Assembly: GCF_009914755.1 (NCBI RefSeq)
Contig: NC_060941.1
DNA length: 64,000 bases
From: the human T2T-CHM13v2.0 reference genome, Homo sapiens
Reading direction: 5' to 3' (one strand)
Shown here: piece by piece, positions 13,963-26,663 of the stretch
Layout: each line of letters starts with the position of its first letter
How positions within the stretch are numbered: position 1 is the stretch's first letter
Translations under genes and position numbers: made by a program
The notes under the pieces: model-generated
Database searches by the model: none
The model's input: only the letters and a program-made list of their open reading frames with translations
What the model was told of the DNA's origin: nothing

Positions 13963-14135
13963 CGGAGTTAACAAACTTTCTCAAAGGACCAGAAATAAAT
14001 ATTTTAGGCTTGCAGGCCATCCAGGCCCTGTTAAAATTACTCTGCCCTTGTACCTCAAAAGCAGCCTTAGGCAATATCTGGACAAATGGGTCTGGATATG
14101 CTCCAATACGACTTTCTAAAAACAGGCAGCTGTCT
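13963..14135 (+). mobile_element. MER58A (hAT-Charlie MITE)
   Basis: caaactttctcaaaggaccagaaataaatattttaggcttgcaggcc...aaagcagcc..agcaata...ctccaata..acttt..aaaaacaggc matches MER58A. Confidence 0.8.
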
Positions 14136-15538
14136 GCTGGAACTCACACACACCACACAAACACACCCTTAAAGAACATGGGGTGCCTCCTGTCACTCAG
14201 AATTATTATGTTCAGCACTGTCATGATGCAGCCTATAATCCTAAACATCTACTTTCATGATTAACACTGTTCAGGCCCCGGGAAATGTTTTTCCACATCT
14301 TTTGCTCTAGGTTCTCAAAAGAAAAGACAACAGAGTCAGAATGCTGTGAAGATTTCTGGGATCTGCTGCTGGTGACATCAGGCTCCACTTCAGAATGTTG
14401 AGAGGGTATGCGCAGCAGAAGCTCTTAGATAAGAAAGGAGATAATTAATTAGCTTTTCAAATCCTTGCTCTTTGACAGCATGAATGCAATAGATTGTTGA
14501 AAAGGTATCGTTTCCAAGTAATGCCAAGTGTCCATTCTCTAGCTGTCTTCCTGTTCCAATGCATGGTTCTGGAAGAACTCATGAGTTGTCAAATTATTAT
14601 TTGTAGCATTTACTATGGTTGACATGGCAGCTGAGAAACATTTTTCTACATTAGCAATTCGTATGAATCATATGGTACATACGTAGGTCTACACGTAAAA
14701 AGTACGATGCTGATTGATTACATTTAAAAATGGCACATTTCATGTTACAGTTGTGAACAGTTTTATCTTTATAAAATATTTAATAATAGTTAAGTATGTT
14801 TTCCAAAAAATTAAATACAATTTTAGCTGTACTCAAATGGTTTTTGTTTAATTTTTTTATATTCATTAATCATGATGTGAATTACACCTTTCAATTTTAT
14901 AGGTGATTTTGAATACTTTTTTGAAAGTATATGTGAGATAAGTATAATGTTTCAATTTTGTACTATACTTGAACTTAAATGTTTAAGAAAAATACCTTCA
15001 AATTTTGGACACTGAATAAGATTGCATTTTATTTTCTAATCCTTTACCTGGGTTGTCCAATACAGTATCTGCTGTTTACAAATGGCTATTCAGCACTGGA
15101 CATGTTGCCTGGCATACTGAGATGAGCTGTAAGAGTAAAATACACACCAAATCCCGGAGACCTAGCATGAAAAAAGGAACATAAAATATCTCATTAATAG
15201 TTTTTAAATATTGATTCCCTGTTGAAATAATAACATTTTGGGCATATTGGACTGAATACAATATATTATTAAAATTAATTTCACCTGTTTCTTTTTATTT
15301 TTTTATGTGAGTCACAACTAGCCACATTTCAGGCTTGCAGGCCATCCAGGCTCTGTTAAAACTACTCTGCCCTTGTACCTCAAAAGCAGCCTTAGGCAAT
15401 ATCTGGAAAATTGGGTCTGGATATGCTCCAATACGACTTTCTAAAAACAGGCAGCTGTCTGCTGGAACTCACACACACCACACAAACACCCCCTTAAAGA
15501 ACATGGGGTGCCTCCTGTCACTCAGAATTGTTATGTTC
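14006..15538 (+). repeat. Dispersed direct repeat pair, 208 bp (14006-14213 and 15331-15538)
   Basis: Ungapped alignment, 6 mismatches in 208 bp (~97%); offset 1325 bp; also visible as near-identical peptides in ORFs 13854..14264 and 15335..15565. Confidence 0.97.
15050..15330 (+). mobile_element. MER33 (hAT-Charlie), truncated at the duplication junction
   Basis: gtaaaatacacacc...taaaatatctcattaata...attaaaattaatttcacctgtttcttttta is characteristic of MER33. Confidence 0.8.
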
Positions 15539-15670
15539 CAAGTTATATGGAGATCCTCATTTTAACAAAATTGATGTTAAATTTTAACCAATTAAACATA
15601 ATGGCAAGAAAAATAAATTTTATGGAGTAATAATTTAAGCATTAAGTACATCTATTTTTGTGTAATTTTT

Positions 15671-15966
<296 letters not shown>

Positions 15967-16034
15967 AATTTTTCTGTGATTTTTAACACCAATTTATTCT
16001 AAATTTCTCATGATTCTGACGTCATTAAGGCTTT

Positions 16035-16315
16035 TGTTGTACTTGAGGTATAATTTACATACAGTGAAATGCCCTTATTTTAAGTATACAGTTGAATGAG
16101 TTTGGCTCAGTGTATATACACCATGCCAACATTCCAGTCTAAATAAAAGATAACTGCATTGTCCCAGGAAACACCTCATACTCCTTGTCAGTTAAACTCA
16201 CCTCAGAGGCAACTGCTTTTCTGATCTCTATCCCCCTATATTCATTTTGCCTGTTCTTGAACTTCATATAAACAGGATCAAGCATTATCTAGTCTCTTAG
16301 GTCTGGCTTCTTTTA
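16035..16315 (-). mobile_element. Old L1 (L1ME/L1MD-type) 3' end fragment
   Basis: ttgaggtataatttacatacagtgaaatg...ttaagtatacagtt...cttgaacttcatataaa is typical of antisense L1M 3' UTR. Confidence 0.75.
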
Positions 16316-16734
16316 TGTGCCTTTCTATTATTACTCATCTAAACATCAGCAACCCGCAACAGAACACCAGCACACATACAGGAGAAATTTAATTCAGTTG
16401 TCTTCAATATTTGCCACCAAAGCTTTATACATATTTTTCGATTTTGTCATTGTGAAGGTATACTTGCCAAGGGAGGTGGATAAAACATATTTTGTTTACC
16501 AATCTGCTTGCTGAATTAATGACTTGTAGGTATTTAGACATGTGGTATGTGAGCCTCCCTTCTGCCCTTTGCCCTGGGCCCCACAGATGGTAGGTAGGCA
16601 TGGGCTGGCCAAGGAGGGAGAGAGAACAGAGGCCAGTGCTGCAGAATAGCCTCCACCTTCCAGCCCAGGAGCCTGGCCTGGGAGAGCGGGGCAGAGGAAG
16701 GGGCTCTGGAGTGCCAAGCTGAAGCAGGCACTAC

Positions 16735-16900
16735 CCATTCCATTAACAAACCTTTATTGAGCATCTAGTATCTGCCCACAGTGTGCTAAGTTTTAGAATT
16801 ACAATGAGGAAAAAGTAAATAAAAAGACATCCCCTCTGGCTTCATGGAGCTTACAAATTAGAAAGAAGAGACAGATATTAATCAAACAGTCACATCCACA
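16735..16900 (-). mobile_element. L2 LINE 3' end
   Basis: cattaacaaacctttattgagcatcta...gtgctaag...catggagcttaca. Confidence 0.75.
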
Positions 16901-17098
16901 AGGGAGAAAACTTACAGGATCCAGCACAAATTTCCTTGACTGATATTCAGGCCTTTATTATTGCTGCCCTCAGTGCTGGAGATGCCCTTCTCACTCTTGC
17001 ACCTACAGAAGTCCACATTCATTCAGCAAGGCCTGGCTCCAAATGCCCCACCTTGAGAAACCTACCCTGTCATCTGAATTTGTAGCCCCTTCCCCTGA

Positions 17099-17551
<453 letters not shown>

Positions 17552-19149
17552 AAAGGCCTGCATTTGAGGCCTGGCTCTACCATCTCAAAGCTCTATGGGT
17601 TTGCCCAGGTGAATTCTCACCCCTGAGTCTGCTTCCTGGTCTGCACAATAGGAATAATGCTAGTTACTCCATACCGTTTTTGTGAAGATTAACTACGTCT
17701 ACAAGCACATACAAACACTGAGTGGGTTAGTCTTCACACACACACACATTCCTCCCCTATTCATCTGCAAGGCCCAGGACCTGCTGAAAAAAGAGTTGTC
17801 CACCCTCACCTGGCCCTGTAGCCTCTGCATCCAGGGCTCAGGGTTCCTCAAAGCAGATAGACAGCTAGGACAGGGACGGAGAGGGACAGAGACAAGCTGA
17901 AGGCTCAGGGCCCCCAGGTTCCCTGGCTGGAAGAGCAACTGGATGAATTGGTCCCCACCTGTAACGTGACTGAGGGTAGGAAGAGGTGGCTCAGGGCCAG
18001 CTGCTAGGATGGACCCTGTGTGGTGACAGAACAGGTTCAGAGCAGCTGGGATCCAGGTGGGGACTGCCAGGAACAGGCCCAGGATGCTGGACCGGGGCCC
18101 AGAGCCGCTTTCCAAGGCCCATTTTCTCCCCATTCCCAGAGTGTGGCCACCACGCTGCCAACAGTCCTGGCAGCCCCCAGCCCCTCTGTTTCCAGAGCAG
18201 CCTGAGATGTTGCCAAGCCAGCTACCGGTGGGCAGAGGTGCCCCTGCCTGAGCTCTGAGAGTAATACCCTTCATCCATTTCATCACCAAGCTCCAGGCTC
18301 TCAAATCACGAGTGGCCCTGGAGCAAAGTCCCCACCCCCAGACAGAGAAGGCAGGACGGAGTCCTCATCTTGAACTCACTGCTTCCTCTCTGGAGCTTCC
18401 TTTGACCTGGCTGGTGCTTCCCCTCTTCTCACTTATAAAAAGGAAAGAGTAAGCTCTGTGATCCTATCTCCCACAACTCTGTGACTGTAAAATAAGGTGA
18501 CTCAAGGGGATACGTTTTACACACGGGCCAACTTACTATGTGACCTAAGTCAATGTGTTGCCCTTCTCTGTGCCTTAGTTTATATGAGGCAGCACTAGGA
18601 CAAAGCTAATATAGTGCTCCCTGACCCCATCTCAGAGAAAAAGGAGAGCACTTCTTAGCAGACATCAAGTTTTCTTTTTTCTCCTTAGAGAAATCAAGGT
18701 GGCTTGATTTCCACCTCCCATCTCCATCTGTCCAGGGAGGGTTCCCAAGTCCTGGAAGAAGTCCAGAGGGCCCCTATACGGAAAGATGAGTCCCCAACCA
18801 GAGCCCAGCTCCCCTACCAGCAGCCAGGCTCAGCTGGGCTCCTCCTGCCCCCCCCATGCCAATTATTACTGGCCCTGGGCAGCTCCTCCTGGCAGCTCAG
18901 ACCTCCACACCTTGCCCAGCTGAGTCTCTCCTCCTATCATTCCTTCCCTGCTCCTCCACACCTGTCATTATTTTTCCAAAATCATTTCATCTAATAGGGA
19001 TTCCTCAACAGCCTGCTAAGGCCCAGGCACTGAACTAGGCATGGGGATACCACATAAATGAGACACAGCCCAACTTCATGGGGCATGTGGCCAGAATTTA
19101 CCCCCAGCGAGCCCAGAAAGATGTGCTTCCTTACAGATATATACCAATA

Positions 19150-19570
19150 GTCAACATTTATTTAGTGATTACCAGGTTCCAAGGACAGAGCTGAGGGATT
19201 TACAAGGATCATCTCCTTGAACCATCTCCGCACATCTGTGCACTACAGATACACAGTGCACTGCACAGTAGGGCTCTGCCCTAACACTGATGGTGGGGAA
19301 ACCAAGGCTGGGTAGAGGCTGTCCAGTGCAAAAACAAAAACGTGGGGTCTCTCTGATATCCTTCCCCATTCCCTGGATCCTTGCCCTGCTATCATTCACG
19401 TCCCAACTTTATAATAAAGCAAATAAGTCTGGCCCATGAGATACAGACACTGAGGCTCAGAGAGACTATTTCTTGCTCAAGGTGGCAATGTCTAATAGGG
19501 GCAGAGCCAGAGTTCAGACCCAGTGTGTCGGGCATTAAGTCGCTTACTCTTCGCCTACCACCTTATACCA
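19150..19570 (-). mobile_element. MIR SINE interrupted by a ~200-bp duplicated segment
   Basis: MIR tail-like sequence at 19150-19228 and core-like cagacactgaggctcagagag...ggcagagccagagttcagaccc at 19440-19570 flank non-MIR sequence. Confidence 0.65.
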
Positions 19571-20802
19571 TGACCACATCTGGGCAATGAGGAGCCACCA
19601 AGTATGCCTGGGAAGACCTAAGAATGCTGAGGTGACTTTCAGACAAGGATGGACCTTGGTAGGTGAATAAGGCTTTGACAGGCAGACAAGGAAGAAAAGG
19701 CATTCCAACCAAGGGATAGTGTAGGCAAAGGCACAGAGGCACGGGAGTGCCTGGTGGGTCTGGGGAACACCAGGCTCTTACGTATGGGCAGACCCAAAGA
19801 GAAGCCAGAAGGAATGGGGAACATGCAAATTTTCTTTCTTTTTTTTTTTATTATACTTTAAGTTTTAGGGTACATGTGCACACTGTGCAGGTTAGTTACA
19901 TAGGTATACATGTGCCATGCTGGTGCGCTGCACCCACTAACTCGTCATCTAGCATTAGGTATATCTCCCGATGCTATCCCTCCCCCCTCCCCCCACCCCA
20001 CCACAGTCCCTAGAGTGTGATATTCCTCTTCCTGTGTCCATGTGATCTCGTTGTTCAATTCCCACCTATGAGTGAGAATATGCGGTGTTTGGTTTTTTGT
20101 TCTTGCGATAGTTTACTGAGAATGATGATTTCCAATTTCATCCATATCTCACCTTTTCTTTACAAGTGAGAGGCTGAGGCCCAGGAGAGCTCCACCCATC
20201 AAGGCCAAGTTGCCAGGTTGGGACTTCCACTCTCAGATCAAGCTACCTTTCTGTTTCTCCCCTCTTTCCTCCTTTCTTTGCCTCTTCTCCCTGTTCTCCT
20301 TCACTCTCTGCAAACCTTTCCTCCCTCCCCTCTCCCCTTCCTGCCACTAGAACCACCTGCAGGAGGTTCCCAACCTTCTGCCACCACCAAGGCTGCTCCC
20401 CTTTCTCTATCCCCAGCCTCCTAGACCTGGCCTTCCATTTGCTTCCCTACTACCTCTGATGGGCTTTACCCATAAGGCAGAGGGTGGAGTGAGGTTGTGG
20501 GAATGATTTTCCTAGTCTGTGTACAGGGCTCAGGCCACAAACTGCTCACCCACAGGTAAGATACAGGTCTCAGATTAGCCACTCACTTCAGCCTGCTTCC
20601 TGATCATGCACAGGTACCAGTGCCCTGCATGAGTGCACTGTGCCCTAGCACTGGGAGTGGGCAAGCCAAGCCTGGGTAGGGGCTGCCCAGTGCAAAAACA
20701 AAAATGTGAGGTCCCTTCTGATGGCTCCCTCCCTTTCCTTGCCCCTTGCCTTGCTGACATTCATGTCCCAACTTTATCATAATGCAAATAATTCTGGTCC
20801 AT
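19277..20802 (+). repeat. Dispersed direct repeat pair, ~160-190 bp (19277-19437 and 20641-20802)
   Basis: Manual alignment ~80% identity with one 1-bp gap; shared ccagtgcaaaaacaaaaa and gtcccaactttat blocks; offset ~1364 bp. Confidence 0.92.
19838..20145 (-). mobile_element. Young 5'-truncated L1 (L1PA2-like) 3' UTR
   Basis: ttatactttaagttttagggtacatgtgcac...ggtgcgctgcacccactaactcgtcatctagc; sense strand reads GAG rather than the Ta-diagnostic ACA. Confidence 0.92.
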
Positions 20803-21080
20803 AAAAATGCAAATTGTCTGCAGAGGAATGCAATTGATTGTTGTCCTGTGGATGCTGACTAGATCACTAGGCTTTGCATCTATCTCTCTGTAATTTCGTG
20901 TCAGCATACCGTATCTGACCATATATGGGAGGTACCTGGAATTCTGCTTTGAACAGGTTGTAATATCTCATGGAGTCCCTCACTAATTAGTGAGTTAAAT
21001 GCAATCTTTAACACATGTTCATTTTATTTCCATATGAGAGTCATGATTGTACTTTTTCAAAATCAATTATTATTTAATGC
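20750..21080. promoter_or_regulatory. Candidate enhancer (octamer x2, CArG, homeodomain palindrome)
   Basis: ATGCAAAT at 20782-20789 and 20807-20814; CCATATATGG at 20919-20928; CTCACTAATTAGTGAG at 20979-20994; repeat-free AT-rich island. Confidence 0.5.
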
Positions 21081-21849
21081 TCCCAAGATGGCAGTGGCCA
21101 GCTTTCATCTGAAAACTGAGATGGTTGGGATTACGGACATGGTGCCCTCAGTGGCAGGGGTGTGCACCCCAACGTCTGGCTGGCCCAGCACTGCTGCTTC
21201 TAGGTAGTTGTTCCCTTGTTATCATCCCTCCCTTAATGAAGCATTTGCTTCACTAAGATTTCTTTTTTTTTTTTTTTCAAACGGGAGTGGAAAGACTTCC
21301 GTGTTCCCTCCTGAAGGGAGGCCTCAGCCCCACACTCTGAGCAGAAAAGGGCCTTTCTCTTCCTAGTCATACCTAGCCCTTGAGTCTCACAGAGGAGGGC
21401 TCTAGAGGCCAGACAATGGGGACTCAGGATCTTCTGCTGGGGGTCCTCAGTCAGCCATTCATTCAAGCAGCACTAACCGAGCACCTACTAGGTGCCAGGT
21501 GCGCTGAGAATAGAGTCCAAGCAAAAGGGCTTCCCGCTCAGGTCTCTCTCACCTTCCCTTGGTCTTGACTCATGACTCACAGCCCAACTGGCCCTGGCTT
21601 CAAGTGGGGCCTTATGGAACCAGAGAGGCCCTCTGTGCCAACCCCATCCCTCCCAGCAAACCTGGCCGTAAGTCCTCCCATGGGAAGGAGGGCTCCCATA
21701 GGACTCCCGGGAGCTGACCCACCTCACTGACCACCCTCCTGCCCCCAAGGGAAAGCCTTCTCACATGACGCCTACTTCCCCACGGAGGAAATCATCACCT
21801 TTTTCCAGCGAAGGTCCTGGATCTTTAGAGTCTCCCATAATAATTCAGT

Positions 21850-22060
21850 AAAAAGAGCACTGGGCTGGAGCAAAGTTGGAATCCTGGCTCTTCCACCAGT
21901 TACTCGCTGTGTGACCACTCCAATTTCCCATATGGAGGATGGGGACCACGGCACAATAGCCCCTACCTCATAAGGTTGTGAACACTCAGTGGGACCATGT
22001 AAGACATCAGAGCATAAGCCCAGCACACAGTAAACTCTGAATAAACGCTGTCTGCTATTA
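21850..22060 (+). mobile_element. MIR SINE
   Basis: aagagcactgggctggag...gaatcctggctc...ctgtgtgacc...cctacctcataaggttgtg. Confidence 0.75.
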
Positions 22061-22964
22061 CAGAGATTATTAATTAGTAAATCCCGCCCCCAGCCCCCAT
22101 AAAAGGCTAAGTGAGGTCAGGGCTGTTAATTTCATCTCGTAAAGTAGCAAATTGAGGTCCAGATGACAAGGAGATTCCAAAATGTCTCTAAATGTAAGGT
22201 CAAGTACAAAGCCAGAAAACAAGAACCTGGGGACACCCCACCTCCACCTCCACCCCCACCACTACCACCAGTTTGAATTCCTCTCACCAATTCCTGGGGA
22301 AGATAAAAGGATGGGACAACCGAATGGGCAGATGGGGCAGGAGGAGGAGGCTGGCCACAAAAGCCTGGGTACCCCAAATCCCAGGAGTCCTGTGCCCAGT
22401 TTGCTGTATCCCCCTTGGAGTAGTTGAGGGGTCACGTAGGCAGCACAGTCCTCCTGGGACTTCAGCTTGGAGCTCCAGGCACTCCCACCAGGGGCATATG
22501 GAGGGTGAGAGGCCTCTCCACCTGGGGCTCCCCATCTCCGTCCCTATCCTGCACTCTCTGAGCTGCAGCAGCCAGCAGGGAGCAGCAAGCAGGTGTCCTG
22601 GGAGGCAGGTAATGTGAAAGACTTCATGGAAGTTCATTAAAGAGCTATTAGAGGCTCCACTGCAGACCTGCAGATGGATGGATGGATGAACAGGAGAGTG
22701 GAGGGAGATCTTCCCAGGAGACCACAGCCCCACCTCCCCCTGCTGCAGCCCAGGCTGTACCCCCACTTTTCCCCCATGTAGTTTTGGAAGAGAGGAGGAA
22801 CAGGAAGGCATTTCTGTTGATAACCAAGACACTCTCTTCTTTCAGGCCTGGTGGACCTGGCAGGGATCAGGGCGAAGGGTTCCAAAGGAGGAGAGGGTCA
22901 GAGTCCAAGAAGGTGGGGCTTAGATGGATCACAACCTATTCTGGCCCAAGCATCGTGCCAACGA

Positions 22965-23310
22965 CAATAGGTGACCTTCATGTGGCACTTCCTCTGTACC
23001 AGGCACTGGTCCAAATGCTTTACTGTGCTATTTCCTTTAGTCCTCACAACCATTAGAAGGGAGCACTGTTATTATCCTCATTTTACTGATGAGGAAACTG
23101 AAGCACAGACAGGTTAAGTAACTTGTTGAAGCCAAGCACTGTGTGTACAGGACCCCACTGAATTATTCTCACAACTCTGTGGTGTAAGGGACTATCTCTA
23201 TCACCATTTTATAGACAAAGAAACAGTGGCTGAGAGGGGTTAAGTAACTTGCATAAGGCTACACAGCTAGAAAGTAGGGCAGTGTGAATTAGAACACGGG
23301 AGTTCTTTAG
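22965..23310 (-). mobile_element. Two adjacent MIR SINE fragments
   Basis: cattttactgatgaggaaactgaagcacagacaggttaagtaacttg and ccattttatagacaaagaaacag...ggttaagtaacttgc. Confidence 0.8.
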
Positions 23311-24027
23311 CCTCCTTCACCCCAAGTTTGGGTTCATGATCACCATATCACATTGCCATCAACCCTGAAATGAAGGTGCATGATCACCAGTCCCATTTTC
23401 CAGAGGAAGAGGCCAAGGGGTGAAGTGAGTAGCCCAGGGCACACGGTTAGTAACCAGGGCCACCTGCATCTGGACTGGAGCGCAGTCTGTCTGTCTCCGC
23501 ACTCCAGGACACCAAGCACTCCTTCCACCCACACACATGGAGGCTACATCTTCCACATCAGGCCAGGCACCCCAGAATAAGGGACTCTATTTCCAGAATT
23601 TCTGCAGTCTCTAGCTGGGTGTCTGCGCAGTGTAGAGAAGATGCCTCCTCAAGCACAGCTGTCTAAAAACGGACTCAGCACTTCACAGGTAGGGAATTCC
23701 TCCCCTGGAAGGCCTGCATCAGAGACTGGAGGGCCCGGGGACACTTGGTGGGCTTGCTGGTGGGTGGGGGCCTGTTTTGAGAGGGCCTTGGTGGACCTGA
23801 TCTCAGAGAAACTTCAAATTCCACCCAGTTCTCAAGAGCTTCCCGTGGAATCCTTGACTCTTGGGAGCCCTGCTCGTCCCCTTGGCACCTACCCCCTGTC
23901 CTGGGGGTCTCAGCCTGAGGTGGACAAGAGACCTACACGGTACACTGGTTCCCGGTCTCGACTCCCCTGCTCCCCTTCTCCAGCACTTGGTGGCCCTGGA
24001 TGGAGGGCCCTTCCACCCTGGGCCTTG

Positions 24028-24447
24028 TGTGTTTGTCCATTTTGCACTGTTATAAAGGAACAGCTGGCGCTGGGTGATTTATAAAGAAAAGAGGTTTATG
24101 TGGCTCATGGCTCTGCAGATGTACAAGCATGGCAGCAACATCTTCTTCTGGCCAGGATCTCAGGAAGCTTTCACCATGAAGGAAGGTGAAGGGGGAGTAG
24201 GAGTGTCTCATGGTGAAACAGGAAGCAAGACAGAGAGGAGGAGGTGCCAGGCTCCTTTGAACAACCAGCTCTCGTGTGAACCAGCGGAAAGCAACTCCCT
24301 CAGTACCCAGTACCCTGGGGAGGCCACCAAGCCATTCATGAGGGGTTCACAGCATGACCCAAGCACCTCCCCCCAGGCTCCACCTCCAACATTGGGGATC
24401 ACATTTCAACCTGAGGTCTGGAGGGGACAATTCTCTAAACCATATCA
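24028..24447 (-). mobile_element. Solo MaLR LTR (MSTA/MSTB-like)
   Basis: tgtgtttgtccattttgc...tttataaagaaaagaggttt...aaaccatatca; 5-bp TSD ccttg at 24023-24027 and 24448-24452. Confidence 0.9.
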
Positions 24448-24659
24448 CCTTGTCTCTCTGAGGGGAGCAGAGGATCCCACCTCAAGTCCCCGCACACATG
24501 GAGCCATGAGAGTCCCCACCAGGTGGAGGCAGCCAGGCCCAGGACACTCAGAAACCCACCCCCACGTGCACGGCCCCACCCTGGCGCAGGATGAATGTGT
24601 GGCAGGCCCGTGAGGAAGGCCGCCTGCTGTTGCCCGAGGCGGTTGTCTGGAGGAAGGGC

Positions 24660-25060
24660 ACAGGACACATGGGAGAGAGATGGAGATTGAGAAATGGGGG
24701 GAAATTAAATGACAGAGAGACATAGGGGGATTTACCAAGACCGAACCACAGGAAAAGATACAGAGAGAGCCAGAGGGCGTCCCAAAGGCAGAGAACCACG
24801 CAGAGAAACAAATCTACAAATCCAAATATAAACCTTGAGGAAGACAGGCAGTGAGAAAACAGGGAAAAGAACAGACATAGAAAAACGGAGGAAGATGGGA
24901 AGGGGTATGGCAGGGAGTCGGAGAGAACGCGAAATTCCAAACGAAACACAGAGACCAGGTGCAGGAGAGAAGGTACACAGCAAGGGGGCAGTGAGGAAGA
25001 AAGGAGAGAGGAAGCAGAGCGGGGACCGCAGGAGGAGGTGGGGCCTGGAGGGAGCCGAAG
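24660..25060. repeat. GA-rich low-complexity tract
   Basis: Strongly purine-biased run of gaga/gaaa/cagaga motifs. Confidence 0.65.
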
Positions 25061-25676
25061 CAGAGGGGCCCAGCACCCCCACCCCACCCTGATCACACGC
25101 TGCGGCATATGGCTCCTGATTTCCTAGAGGCACGAGAGTGATAACCATTAATCTCTATAAATAATTTTACCAACCCAGGCTCCTAAATGGGTTCTCTGTG
25201 TCTGTGAAAGCTTTTAAAAACCATTTGCTTGGTAAACATGCAGGCAGCAAACAAGGCCTCTCCCTACCAGCAGGAGAGGAGGCTGGAAGATCAATTCGGC
25301 TGGGGGGATAATTAGAAGGGAGAATATGTGCGCAGGCTCGCCCTGCTGCCTCCTTCCCACCTGGGGCCACGGACCCCGCTGATGAGGCTGCTGAGACCCC
25401 TGGCTCTTCACCCTACTTGCACCATATTCCTCTCTTCCCTGCTCGGTGGGCCTGGGCGGGACACCCTGTGGGCATCTCAGCCATTCCCCTGTCCTGATCC
25501 CACAGCAGGGATGTTTTTCTTAACCGAACCCTGAGGGAAGGTAAGATCTTGGCTGGTATTCCTAAGCATTTAGGAAGTTCTTCTTCATCTCTACCCCGAG
25601 TTCCTCATGCTTTTCCATGTCATTCAGCCTTTAGACCTGACATGTCACCAGTTACAGCTGTCTTAAAACAGACTGG

Positions 25677-26252
<576 letters not shown>

Positions 26253-26663
26253 AAAATAAACTGGGCAGCCTCCCAGATAAGGAGTTCCAAATCCTTGACT
26301 CTAAACCCCAATGTTCAGTGCTGGCCCCAGGCCCTTCTTCCAAATATGATGGTTTCAGGGCCCCTCCTGGCCATCCCCTTGACACACTCCATTTTGTCAA
26401 AGTCCTTCCCATGTCTCATACTGGGAATTGGACTTGCCTGGAAAAGAACAGTCTTGCCTTTTAGTTTGGCTGCTGTATTAACAGAGGCCAGGAGAATATT
26501 AGTTATTTGGGCATCTATACCTCCCCCTCCAAAAACATAACTGCTGCCTGATGTTAGCTGTGTGTTTGCTGAAGCCCCCAGGTCTTTGTCACTCCTGCTG
26601 ACCCCAGCCTTGACTCTTGAGACCCCCAAAGCAGGACTTGCCCTTTCTTTCTGTTAAGCTTCA

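Noticed and set aside
17699-18304. 201-aa minus-strand ORF
   Set aside because: Gly/Leu/Pro-rich with no domain and no supporting promoter or splice structure.
24074-25148. Long ORFs of 138-186 aa
   Set aside because: Derived from the MST LTR and the GA-rich low-complexity tract.
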